DNA of 64,000 nt from Candidatus Thalassarchaeaceae archaeon. GTDB lineage: Archaea; Thermoplasmatota; Poseidoniia; Poseidoniales; Thalassarchaeaceae. The translations under genes were made by a program, and so were the position numbers. Position 1 is the first letter of the stretch. Each line of letters starts with the position of its first letter. The stretch lies in the NCBI GenBank assembly GCA_045568115.1, contig JBJLBO010000004.1:66809-130808 (forward strand). The letters are read 5' to 3'. The notes below the pieces were generated by a model, which saw nothing but the letters and a program-made list of their open reading frames with translations, was not told the origin of the DNA and did no database searches. Below are positions 19,614-28,660 of this stretch, in pieces.

Positions 19614-20207
19614 GTGAAATATCCAGTTGTAGAAATCTTCTATTCCGTTCAGGGAGAAGCTTATCACACAGGTATTCCACATGTTTTCATCAGATTTGGC
19701 GACTGTAATCTGAGATGTAGTTGGTGTGATACTGATTTTTTACAATTTAAAGAAATGGAAATGAATGCTATCGTTGAAGAAGTATTACAGTACAATTGTG
19801 ATAGGGTAATTTTTACGGGAGGAGAGCCTGCCTTACAGGATCTCACTACAATTGGAAATGCATTGAAAAAACATGATATTCACCTATCCATCGAGACTAA
19901 TGGGACCATCTCGATTCCCGATATAATCGATTGGATTTGTGTTTCTCCTAAGGATCAATTGTATCCAAATGTTAGCATAAAACAACGCACAGGAGACGAA
20001 TTAAAAGTCGTATATTGTGGTCAGGATCTCTCTATGTATGATGAATTGAAAACCGGTTTCTCAAATCATTATCTCCAACCCTGTTACATAGACTCAGAAA
20101 CTGTAGAAGAGAATGGTCGAAACTTTGCTGCAGTTGAAGAGATAGTGAAGAATTCGCCCGGCTGGAGACTTTCTTTGCAGACTCACAAGTGGATGGGTGT
20201 TGCTTGA
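19614..20207 (+). CDS. queE: 7-carboxy-7-deazaguanine synthase (radical SAM)
   Basis: EIFYSVQGE, CNLRCSWCDT, TGGEP, IETNG, VSPK, WRLSLQTHK. Confidence 0.94.
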   Translation: MKYPVVEIFYSVQGEAYHTGIPHVFIRFGDCNLRCSWCDTDFLQFKEMEMNAIVEEVLQYNCDRVIFTGGEPALQDLTTIGNALKKHDIHLSIETNGTISIPDIIDWICVSPKDQLYPNVSIKQRTGDELKVVYCGQDLSMYDELKTGFSNHYLQPCYIDSETVEENGRNFAAVEEIVKNSPGWRLSLQTHKWMGVA

Positions 20208-21295
20208 TGCGCGCAGTAATGGCCCTTAGTGGCGGTATGGATTCAACAGGGTTGCTGCTGCGTCTATTGGCTGATGGCTACAGAGTTTCCTGTATTTCAT
20301 ATGAATATGGTCAAAAACACAATATCGAGATTGATAGAGCTATTGCTAACATAGCCTACTTAGCCGATAATGACATTCAAGTGGATCATAAAATTGCTGA
20401 TTTATCTAGTATTATGGGGTTATTCGAATCATCCCTCATTTCGGGTGGTGAAGACGTACCAGAAGGACATTATGAAGAAGATCAAATGAAATCGACTGTA
20501 GTCCCAAACAGGAACGCTATTTTCGCCTCAATTCTTTATGGATACGCGTTAAGTATCGCTCTACGTGAAGATACAGACGTTGAAATTGCTCTAGGTGTAC
20601 ATTCAGGAGATCATGCGATTTACCCTGATTGTAGACCTGAATTTTATGCTTCAATAGGCGAATCATTTGCTTTAGGCAATTGGGATTCGGAAAAAGTTTC
20701 ATTCCACTTACCATATATCAGTGGAAATAAGGAAACAATACTGACTGATGCACTAAAGTCATGTAAAAAATTAGGTTTAGATTTTGATACTGTATTTGCT
20801 AATACAAACACCTCTTACAATCCAGATGAGGAGGGGAGGTCGTCAGGAACTAGTGGAGCTGATGTTGAACGAATTCTTGCTTTCCATGCAATTGGACGTA
20901 AGGATCCTGTTGAGTATGTCAAACCCTGGGACGAAGTGCTTGCTGGCGCATTGAAGGCTCAACTTCGCTATCATGTGATGAAAGAAAATGGTACAGAGCG
21001 CCCATTTACTGGAGAATACGATAAACATTTCGAAGAGGGTTTCTACAATTGTGCAGATTGTGGAAAAATACTTTTTGAATCAAAATCAAAATTTGACTCA
21101 GGATGCGGATGGCCAGCATTTTCAAGTGAAACTGGAGAAGCAAACATTACTCAATTGAAGGATAATTCGCACGGAATGACTCGAATAGAAGTCAGATGTA
21201 GTGGTTGTGATTCGCATTTAGGCCATCTTTTCCATGAATCTAAAGGACCTAGATATTGTATTAATTCAATTTGTTTGGATTTCAAGGAGGAATAG
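20207..21295 (+). CDS. queC: 7-cyano-7-deazaguanine synthase QueC fused to C-terminal methionine-R-sulfoxide reductase MsrB
   Basis: SGGMDS PP-loop, YGQKH, TVVPNRN, YPDCRPEF; then GTERPFTGEY, CADC, KFDSGCGWPAF, CSGC.SHLGH, RYCINS. Confidence 0.92.
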   Translation: MRAVMALSGGMDSTGLLLRLLADGYRVSCISYEYGQKHNIEIDRAIANIAYLADNDIQVDHKIADLSSIMGLFESSLISGGEDVPEGHYEEDQMKSTVVPNRNAIFASILYGYALSIALREDTDVEIALGVHSGDHAIYPDCRPEFYASIGESFALGNWDSEKVSFHLPYISGNKETILTDALKSCKKLGLDFDTVFANTNTSYNPDEEGRSSGTSGADVERILAFHAIGRKDPVEYVKPWDEVLAGALKAQLRYHVMKENGTERPFTGEYDKHFEEGFYNCADCGKILFESKSKFDSGCGWPAFSSETGEANITQLKDNSHGMTRIEVRCSGCDSHLGHLFHESKGPRYCINSICLDFKEE

Positions 21296-21297
21296 GA

Positions 21298-21747
21298 ATG
21301 GTTACAGCAATTAGGAGATGGATAGAGACAGACACAGGGCATAGAGTCCCTAATCATAAGAGTAAGTGCAGAAATATGCATGGTCATAGATATCGTTGGG
21401 AAGCCGAACTTGTCGGAGAAGTTGTCAATGAATCCGGAGTTTCAGAAGAAGGCATGCTGATGGATTTTGCAGATGTATCAAAAATACTTACTGAGCACAT
21501 TCATGATTTGGTCGATCACGCATTTATTGTGTACGAAAATGATACTGAAGCTATTGAGGCGTTATCTGTTATGGGAGAGGGTCACAAGACATTGATTGTT
21601 TCATTTATTCCAACCGCTGAGAACCTTGCTAGGTGGGCATTTGAGCAAGTAGCGCCACATATTACGTCAGCATACGGAAATTCCCTCAGACTGCATGCAT
21701 TTCACGTTAGAGAGACTCCTAAGTCTTGGGCATCCTGGCAGCCTTGA
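21298..21747 (+). CDS. queD: 6-carboxy-5,6,7,8-tetrahydropterin synthase
   Basis: GHR..CRNMHGHRY, DF, DH, PTAENLA, VRETPKSWA. Confidence 0.93.
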   Translation: MVTAIRRWIETDTGHRVPNHKSKCRNMHGHRYRWEAELVGEVVNESGVSEEGMLMDFADVSKILTEHIHDLVDHAFIVYENDTEAIEALSVMGEGHKTLIVSFIPTAENLARWAFEQVAPHITSAYGNSLRLHAFHVRETPKSWASWQP

Positions 21748-21755
21748 ATCAAACG

Positions 21756-21977
21756 CTACCAATCTACTCGTACGAGGATTAAGTAGACAAGAAATAATCC
21801 ACACAAATATAGAACGATTTTATCTCCATTTTTCTTTCTTTGTTCGATGTTTTCAACTATCTGGTTATATTTTTCAGGATCACCTTCAGCCTCTTTAAGT
21901 TTCTTTTTATCTGAGTTTTTTTTAGCTTTTGCACCAGCGCCATCGAGCGCTATCGTCGAGAGGAGTTCCAATACCAT
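21756..21977 (-). CDS. small hypothetical protein with C-terminal TM helix
   Basis: 73-aa ORF, hydrophobic C-terminus, TATA-like TTTATC about 29 nt upstream. Confidence 0.55.
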   Translation of the reverse strand: MVLELLSTIALDGAGAKAKKNSDKKKLKEAEGDPEKYNQIVENIEQRKKNGDKIVLYLCGLFLVYLILVRVDW

Positions 21978-22135
21978 GGGTGGCCTTAGTTATACCTTGA
22001 GATAAATGATTTGCCTGCATTGACTATTGCTAACCCTATAGTTCACGGGTAATCTCATGGGTAGCGTAATTGATGGATATGTAACAGACTAAACGTTGCA
22101 CGTAGGACTGTCAATTACGCTACCCTTTGCTTCTT

Positions 22136-22963
22136 TTAGGCCGCAGCCTCTATTCTCGAAATTTCTCTTGACGACACAAGAACATCTAATCCACTGCCTG
22201 AGAGTCTCCACTTTGGACGACGAGCATCGGATGCGGCTTCTACATAGTCACCATTACGTAATTCCATTAAGTGATGGCTGAGAAGTTGACGTGAAATTTC
22301 CAATTTTTCCTGGAGCTCACGACCAGACATGCCAATATTTCCTGAACCCGAAAGAACCTCCAGAATAGCTAATCTTGTACCAATAATTGGATTTTTAATT
22401 CGACTTACTTCTTCTTGAGTAAGACTAGAAACTGCATAACGACGTAATTTCCCATCCCTCCAAGAGATAACCTGACCGATCGATTCTAGGGTTTGAAGAT
22501 GATATGCAGTGACACCATTAGCGAGCCCTAAGCCATCTCTGAGGGCAGAAAAATGGATGCCAGGGTTTGCTTCGAGGAAACCAAGAAGCCGACCTCTAGT
22601 TAGTAGATCCTCACGATTTTTCTTCATCCTTGCTAGAAGAGGCGATACTAATGCGACAAGAACAGATACTCGCATTACTTCGAAAAAGATTGAGCCTACA
22701 GCAAGAGAACCTAGAGCTCCAGCACCCCCTGCAATTAGTCTACTTGGAGTATTAGATCGGGACTCGGCTTCTTTTCCCTCTGTTTCCAATACAGGTTGAG
22801 TATCTTCGGAATCACTTTCTGCTAAAGCCATGTCTAGTGAAGATATTTCTTCATTAATTTCATCGAAGTTCTCTTCATTTGGAAAATTTATCATCCAACT
22901 TCCGGCTAGAATGGCAGTAACAGCCAATACAGTAACAAAACGAACGGTTCGAACGCCCTGCAT
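22136..22963 (-). CDS. membrane-anchored tandem winged-HTH transcriptional regulator
   Basis: Two hydrophobic segments, then NPGIHFSALRDGLGLANGVTAYHL..LE and a second wHTH (ELQEKLEISRQLLSHHL). Confidence 0.8.
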   Translation of the reverse strand: MQGVRTVRFVTVLAVTAILAGSWMINFPNEENFDEINEEISSLDMALAESDSEDTQPVLETEGKEAESRSNTPSRLIAGGAGALGSLAVGSIFFEVMRVSVLVALVSPLLARMKKNREDLLTRGRLLGFLEANPGIHFSALRDGLGLANGVTAYHLQTLESIGQVISWRDGKLRRYAVSSLTQEEVSRIKNPIIGTRLAILEVLSGSGNIGMSGRELQEKLEISRQLLSHHLMELRNGDYVEAASDARRPKWRLSGSGLDVLVSSREISRIEAAA

Positions 22964-23064
22964 AATATGCGCAAAGCACCTTTACCTATGACTACCGTGG
23001 TGAGATGATTTGACAATTTAGAGCGCGATTCAATAAGGGGTAGCGTATCAGAGTAGTTGTTACG

Positions 23065-24096
23065 ATGAGCGAAGAGGGTAACATGCTCGATTCAGATTCA
23101 GAAGAGTTAGCGCAAGCGATGCTTACAGCCGCACGTTCTGTTGTACGAACTTGCATGCAAATTCGCTCAGTAGAATCCGTTCTCGTAATAACTGATCCGA
23201 AATTTGCTGAAGTCGGTCGGGCTCTATATGAAGCTTCAGCCGAAGTTACTGAGCGTATTCTACTGATGATGATGCCTGCCAGCCTACGCGAAGGAAGTGA
23301 GCCCCCTAATCAGGTAGCAGATTTAATGCGAAGGCAGGACGTAATTCTTATCGCAACACAATTCTCATTGACGCATACAAGGGCTCGTGCGAATGCCTCA
23401 AGAGAAGGTGCACGAATTGCTTCAATGCCCGGAATTGATGCTCTAACCTTTGCTAATGGTGGGATGACTGCTGATTATAATGCACTACAGAAAGAAATTT
23501 CAGGAACCAATAAATTATTGCGCCGGCGGAGAGAAGTAGTAATCACCAGTGAAGCTGGAACTAATCTGACTTTTACAACTGGTGGGCGTTGGATTCTTGA
23601 GGACAATGGAATTTGTAATCGGCCAGGTGTAATAACAAATCTTCCAGCAGGGAAAATTTTCGTCCTGCCAAAAGAGGGGACGGCTCATGGTAGAATTGTC
23701 ATAGACGGCTCTTGGCAAGGAAAATTAGTAGATGAGCCAATTTCTATCCTAATAGAAAAAGGACAAATCGTTGACATTGTTGGCGGAGATGTAGCTGATC
23801 AGATAAATAGTAAAATCGAAGCCACAAAAACAGGATTAAGGCAATCGAAAGCAGCCTTAGTTGGAACTTTTGCCGAGTTCGGTTTTGGTATGAATCCAAG
23901 AGCGAAGCTATCTGGAAATTATCTAGAAGATTTAGTCTATAGAGGTGGGGCATATTTTGGTTTTGGAAATAACTTGGCACTTGGTGGAACTGCCTCCGTC
24001 CCCCTAAACCTTCGAGGAGTTGCCAGAAAACTTTCAGTCCAACTAGAGGATGTTGATCTCCTAGTCGAAGGTAAGGTAACTCTGAAGGTGAAATGA
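23065..24096 (+). CDS. M29 (aminopeptidase T/AmpS)-fold protein, probably catalytically inactive
   Basis: SLTHT, GARIASMPG, GTNLTF, NLPAG, AEFGFGMNP; most metal ligands are substituted. Confidence 0.8.
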   Translation: MSEEGNMLDSDSEELAQAMLTAARSVVRTCMQIRSVESVLVITDPKFAEVGRALYEASAEVTERILLMMMPASLREGSEPPNQVADLMRRQDVILIATQFSLTHTRARANASREGARIASMPGIDALTFANGGMTADYNALQKEISGTNKLLRRRREVVITSEAGTNLTFTTGGRWILEDNGICNRPGVITNLPAGKIFVLPKEGTAHGRIVIDGSWQGKLVDEPISILIEKGQIVDIVGGDVADQINSKIEATKTGLRQSKAALVGTFAEFGFGMNPRAKLSGNYLEDLVYRGGAYFGFGNNLALGGTASVPLNLRGVARKLSVQLEDVDLLVEGKVTLKVK

Positions 24097-24701
24097 TGCA
24101 CGCTATTCTTTGGTGTAATGGAGATATTCCAGATCACTCAAAAATCATGCCACTGTTGGAAGGAAATGTCATCTTTGGTGTTGACGGTGGTGCCGAAAAG
24201 GCCGAATCTGCGGGGTTCAAGGTAACAGAAGTATTAGGTGATTTAGATTCGGTAAAACCAGAAGATTGGAAGGGAAGATCAACCCTTCTTCCTGATGAAT
24301 CGGCTAGTGATTTAGTGAAATCACTACGTCATCTGAAAACAAAAGGATATGATGAGATTGACATTGTTGGAATTGAAGGTGGTTGTCCAGACCATATTTT
24401 GGGCGTTTGGGCTGCTCTAACAGAGGCCCCTGATGGCATGTCTATCAGAATGCATCATGAACACGGTATGACAATTAGATTACATCCTAATGAAGACGTA
24501 TTTCAATTAATAATACCTGAAGGAGTTGAATTCTCGGTATTTGCTCTGGAGGAATGCAATTCTGTTTCAGTTAAGGGATCCAAATGGGAATTAGATAAGG
24601 AACCACTTTCATTCTCAACCAGAGGATTACATAACCAATCTGTTGGTGAAATAATCAGCATATCAGCCGATGGAATTCTAGCCATTATTCTTCATGAATA
24701 A
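24093..24701 (+). CDS. thiN: thiamine pyrophosphokinase
   Basis: GVDGGA, GDLDS, SDL, GG..DH, GSKWEL, GLHN. Confidence 0.85.
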   Translation: MMHAILWCNGDIPDHSKIMPLLEGNVIFGVDGGAEKAESAGFKVTEVLGDLDSVKPEDWKGRSTLLPDESASDLVKSLRHLKTKGYDEIDIVGIEGGCPDHILGVWAALTEAPDGMSIRMHHEHGMTIRLHPNEDVFQLIIPEGVEFSVFALEECNSVSVKGSKWELDKEPLSFSTRGLHNQSVGEIISISADGILAIILHE

Positions 24702-25754
24702 TCAATCATTAGATGATTTGGTTGGATTTAATGATAATAGCATTGCAATAGGCCGAGTGCGAGGATCACTATCTAATGCTAACTTCATTATTACAGCCAA
24801 TGGCACACCTAGAATCATTCCCATAATTCCCCATGCCCAGCCCCAGAATGCTACCAATATTAACAGAACAATGGGGGACATGTCCAACCTCTGTCCGGCA
24901 AGTTGAGGCTCGATAAATTGACCCCAAGCCAATTGGTTACCAAACAAGACTGCGAGAATCAAGAATGCGGTGGTTGGTTCGTGAAGAATGAATGATATTA
25001 TCACAGGGGGTATGAATGAAAGAGGCGCTCCAACATATGGCACGAAGTCAAGAAGGAATGTGATTGAGGCCCACATAAACCAACCAGGGATGTCTTGCCA
25101 TGCAAGCAGAGCTGCTACTATGATAGCTTGACCGAACGCAACTGTAGCCTTTGTAATTACATAGGTGTTAATTCCCTTGCCTGCATTTTCTGTAATCTGG
25201 GAAAATCTTTCGATTTCCTCAGGATAAGCGGCCTTCAATCTAGCAGGTAAAGTCTCAGCCTCGACAATAATGAAAATCAGGAAAATGAAGGTTGTAATCG
25301 CGCTACCTGTGAATCCAGCAATGTCGCCAACGAAACCGGTGGCAATTTCGTTAATTCGCTGTACTGAAATCAGATCTGTAAGTGCGCTAGTATCGAAACT
25401 GTAGCCGTAAATACTCAAGTCAGAAAACCAAGTAACCTTCTCGGTAAATTTTGAAGAAAGTGAATCCGCTTCATTACTAAAATCAGTTAGAGAATCGTAC
25501 AGAATATTTCCTCCCATTAGGACAACTGCAATAACACCGAAAACAAGTATCCCGTAAGCAAGCAATGGATGGCCAAACCTTTCCTCAAGCCACTGTGCAG
25601 GCGGTCGGATTAAGAAAAACAGTAGAATAGCTACAACGAGAGGTTGAATGATTACTTTGAGGTGAATAATTGCTAGAATTAGGATGAAAAGAAGTACTGC
25701 AATATTGGTTAGTGTGCTGAGTTCAACGCCCCGGAATCCTTTGCTTGAAGCCAT
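24702..25754 (-). CDS. AI-2E (PerM) family transporter
   Basis: Polytopic membrane protein; LDFVPYVG, IEPQLAGQRLDMSP, WGWAWGIMGMILGVPL. Confidence 0.9.
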   Translation of the reverse strand: MASSKGFRGVELSTLTNIAVLLFILILAIIHLKVIIQPLVVAILLFFLIRPPAQWLEERFGHPLLAYGILVFGVIAVVLMGGNILYDSLTDFSNEADSLSSKFTEKVTWFSDLSIYGYSFDTSALTDLISVQRINEIATGFVGDIAGFTGSAITTFIFLIFIIVEAETLPARLKAAYPEEIERFSQITENAGKGINTYVITKATVAFGQAIIVAALLAWQDIPGWFMWASITFLLDFVPYVGAPLSFIPPVIISFILHEPTTAFLILAVLFGNQLAWGQFIEPQLAGQRLDMSPIVLLILVAFWGWAWGIMGMILGVPLAVIMKLALDSDPRTRPIAMLLSLNPTKSSND

Positions 25755-25897
25755 GGCACTCATACTCCGGACGGGGAGGCGAGTCATCAACTTCTCGCAA
25801 GCAATAATCTCCTGAAATCTATATTAATAGAACTAATTTATCCATATGACTCATACAATTAAGCACCGTAAGATAACGCTTTTTCATAAAATTTTGC

Positions 25898-27178
25898 TCA
25901 TTTCAGATGTTTTTCCATTACGAGATGGTAGATTTTTTCATAGGCCTCAGCATTATGTTCATAGGTGTACTTACTCAGAACCCTTTCACGCCCAAGCTGT
26001 GCTTGTTTTTCTCGCATTTCTGGCTTGTTTAAAGATTCAATAACACAATTTGCAAGATCGATGTGATCACCGCAATTAAACAAACCTCCAACAGATGAGT
26101 CAATCATTTCAGTTAGAGGTGGTTTATTTACAGTTACAACAGGAGTTCCGCTTGCTAATGCTTCTAACGGGATTAGTCCCTGTCCTTCATAATACGAAGG
26201 ATATATTACCAAATCGGCTGAACGGAAATGTAGTGCTAAAAGTTCGAAATCCATCCCGGGCTGTATAATAACAGCATGACCAACCCCTAACTTCTTTGCT
26301 TGTCTTAGTAAAGTTCGACGCATATGACCTCGACCGATTATGACCAATTTGGCATTGGGGTGAGAATTGAGGATTTGAGGCATAGCTCGAAGAAGTGTAT
26401 TATGTCCCTTTCGTGCGACTAACCTTCCTACAGCAAGTAATAGGGGAGTCTTTGTATCCGACCGACCGATTAGGGCTGCTTTATCTGCAGCATCGTAAGA
26501 AATTCTAATTTCTTCATACGCCTTATGATCATCTGAGTCACTATGATTTACTGGCCTGAATACTTGATGATCGACCCCATATAGAACGGTTTCACAACAC
26601 CAATCATCAGGGGGATTATACCATTGTTCAAATTCTCTACGTGTGGATTCAGAAATGGCAACACTGATAGCTGATTCATCTATTCCCGCTTGTTCATATC
26701 TAGAATAGTATTTAGCTGTCAATAAAATAGCTAAATCATTAGGATTTTTCCATGTTGCTGCCTCCTTATGTTGTGCAGCAAGCTTCATACCTTCACGTTC
26801 ACCAATCCAACTACCATTAAGGGCAGAAACAACGGGAGCTATGTTTTCCCTAACCCATCTGTACTCTTTTTGATTCCAACTAACTAACGGGAGCAATGTA
26901 TGAACAATATCGACCTTTTTTTCGTCATTAAGACGGCGTAAAGCCGTCAATGCGTTTTTTCCATAGGAACGAGTAAATGTCATTGGTAGTTTAAGCCAAG
27001 GAACTTGAATGACTTTCACGCCAGGTTGCTGGGGTGTTTGCTTAGAATGAGAACGAGTGATTACTGTAACATCGTGACCTCTTTTGGACAAATGACTAGC
27101 TAGGTGATAAACAACCGAGCCTATCCCACCCCACCGAGGTGGATACTCGCCGGACAACATTGCGATGTGCAAACCCAT
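25898..27178 (-). CDS. glycosyltransferase family 4
   Basis: EYPPRWGG, VGRLVARKG, YEGQGLIPLEALASGTPVV (Ex7E). Confidence 0.9.
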   Translation of the reverse strand: MGLHIAMLSGEYPPRWGGIGSVVYHLASHLSKRGHDVTVITRSHSKQTPQQPGVKVIQVPWLKLPMTFTRSYGKNALTALRRLNDEKKVDIVHTLLPLVSWNQKEYRWVRENIAPVVSALNGSWIGEREGMKLAAQHKEAATWKNPNDLAILLTAKYYSRYEQAGIDESAISVAISESTRREFEQWYNPPDDWCCETVLYGVDHQVFRPVNHSDSDDHKAYEEIRISYDAADKAALIGRSDTKTPLLLAVGRLVARKGHNTLLRAMPQILNSHPNAKLVIIGRGHMRRTLLRQAKKLGVGHAVIIQPGMDFELLALHFRSADLVIYPSYYEGQGLIPLEALASGTPVVTVNKPPLTEMIDSSVGGLFNCGDHIDLANCVIESLNKPEMREKQAQLGRERVLSKYTYEHNAEAYEKIYHLVMEKHLK

Positions 27179-27306
27179 CTTCTCAACGGTCGCTAACCGG
27201 ATACTCATTTCAATCGAATGGGTTGATGACACTTAATCCTAGATAATTCAAGCCCATAGATTAGTATTATTCATAGCAGGAAGGCAGGTCGCTTCAATCG
27301 ATTCAG

Positions 27307-28038
27307 ATGTCCGATACCCTTCCTGTGCATGTGACCGTAGTCATCCCTACTCGCAATGAAGAGGCCGCTATCGTCGATACCATTCGTTCAGTTCCTAATG
27401 ACGGATGGTGTGAAAAATTGGATTTTCTAATTGTTGATGGGAATTCGACTGATAGAACTTGTGAATTAGCCGAACAGGAAGGAGCTACTGTTTACCGAGA
27501 ACCTCGCAAAGGATATGGGCGAGCCTACAAAACTGGTTTTGTACTTGCTCCGGGTGAAATAATTATCACAATGGATGCAGATTGCACCTATCCTGGGGAA
27601 GAAGTCCCCAATTTGGTTAAGAAATTACTAGATGAAGATTTACAGTGGATTACTTGTGATCGATTAAGAAGAGCCGAGGAAGGAGCAATGCCTGGGATTC
27701 ATGGATTTGGAAACTGGGTTCTTTCTACTACAGCTACCATCTTGTATTGGTATGGAATTCATGATTCACAAAGTGGAATGTGGGTTTTTAGAAAATCCAT
27801 TTTCGATGATGAGAGGGTTCGTCCGAAACACGATGGAATGCCTTTATCTCAGGAATTCAAAATAAGAGCACGGCGATATTTGGGCAAGAAGAAGACTACA
27901 GAAGTTTCTGTACCTTATCGGCCTCGTGTAGGTGAGGCTGAGATTAATACATGGGGGGATGGGTTGCTAAACCTAAGATTCCTCTTTACTCATAGATTGG
28001 GCCTTACTCGTCAGGTGACTCCTTGGGGTCCTGAATAA
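27307..28038 (+). CDS. glycosyltransferase family 2 (polyprenol-phosphate glycosyltransferase-like)
   Basis: VIPTRNEE, VDGNSTD, GYGRAYKTG, MDADCTY, DSQSG, YRPRVGE. Confidence 0.9.
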   Translation: MSDTLPVHVTVVIPTRNEEAAIVDTIRSVPNDGWCEKLDFLIVDGNSTDRTCELAEQEGATVYREPRKGYGRAYKTGFVLAPGEIIITMDADCTYPGEEVPNLVKKLLDEDLQWITCDRLRRAEEGAMPGIHGFGNWVLSTTATILYWYGIHDSQSGMWVFRKSIFDDERVRPKHDGMPLSQEFKIRARRYLGKKKTTEVSVPYRPRVGEAEINTWGDGLLNLRFLFTHRLGLTRQVTPWGPE

Positions 28039-28049
28039 CCAATGGGACT

Positions 28050-28655
28050 ATGGATATAGTGTGGCCTACAGTGTTCATGGAGCCACTGACCGCATTCCTA
28101 ATGATTGCGGATTTTTCGTTGGCAATATTTTTTGTTTGCTTATTTCATTGGCTATATCGAACTGAAAAAATCTCTCTAGCATATCTGTATGCATTCTGGT
28201 TTGGCACATTGATAGGATCGACTTGGGAGTTCACATTTCTATTCCTCGGCCCCGAGTTTCTCCATGGAGCTGTTGAGTGGCCATGGGGGCTAGATGGATG
28301 GCCTCGTAAGGTATCACATTCTATTTGGGATGGAGCGATTTTCATGTTCGGAGTTTATCTTTGCCATAGATGGTTAGAAGGTGAATTATTCCAACGATTT
28401 AGTTCCAAAGAATTAGGGATAATGTTTTGTTGGGGACTTTTTCAGGAACTTCTAGTTGAGTATCTTTTCAATGGTCGAGTATGGATATACGAACCATTAT
28501 CGTGGAATCCTGTAATTATTCCGACCATTCCTGGCTCCGCCCCAATGTCGCCTGGATATACTTTGATTCCTCAAGCAGTCTGGGTAATTGCACCAGTGGT
28601 ATTCTATGTCAGTTTCTTGTGGATAGTCAAACGATATCCTGATTCTAAATCATAG
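28050..28655 (+). CDS. hypothetical polytopic membrane protein
   Basis: About 5 hydrophobic segments, 11 nt after the GT2 gene. Confidence 0.7.
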   Translation: MDIVWPTVFMEPLTAFLMIADFSLAIFFVCLFHWLYRTEKISLAYLYAFWFGTLIGSTWEFTFLFLGPEFLHGAVEWPWGLDGWPRKVSHSIWDGAIFMFGVYLCHRWLEGELFQRFSSKELGIMFCWGLFQELLVEYLFNGRVWIYEPLSWNPVIIPTIPGSAPMSPGYTLIPQAVWVIAPVVFYVSFLWIVKRYPDSKS

Positions 28656-28660
28656 AGGCA

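Noticed and set aside
19023..21747. preQ0 genes as a dpd/phage DNA-modification island
   Set aside because: No dpdA/TGT-like, restriction, integrase or viral genes are nearby and the flanks are housekeeping; archaeosine precursor supply is more parsimonious
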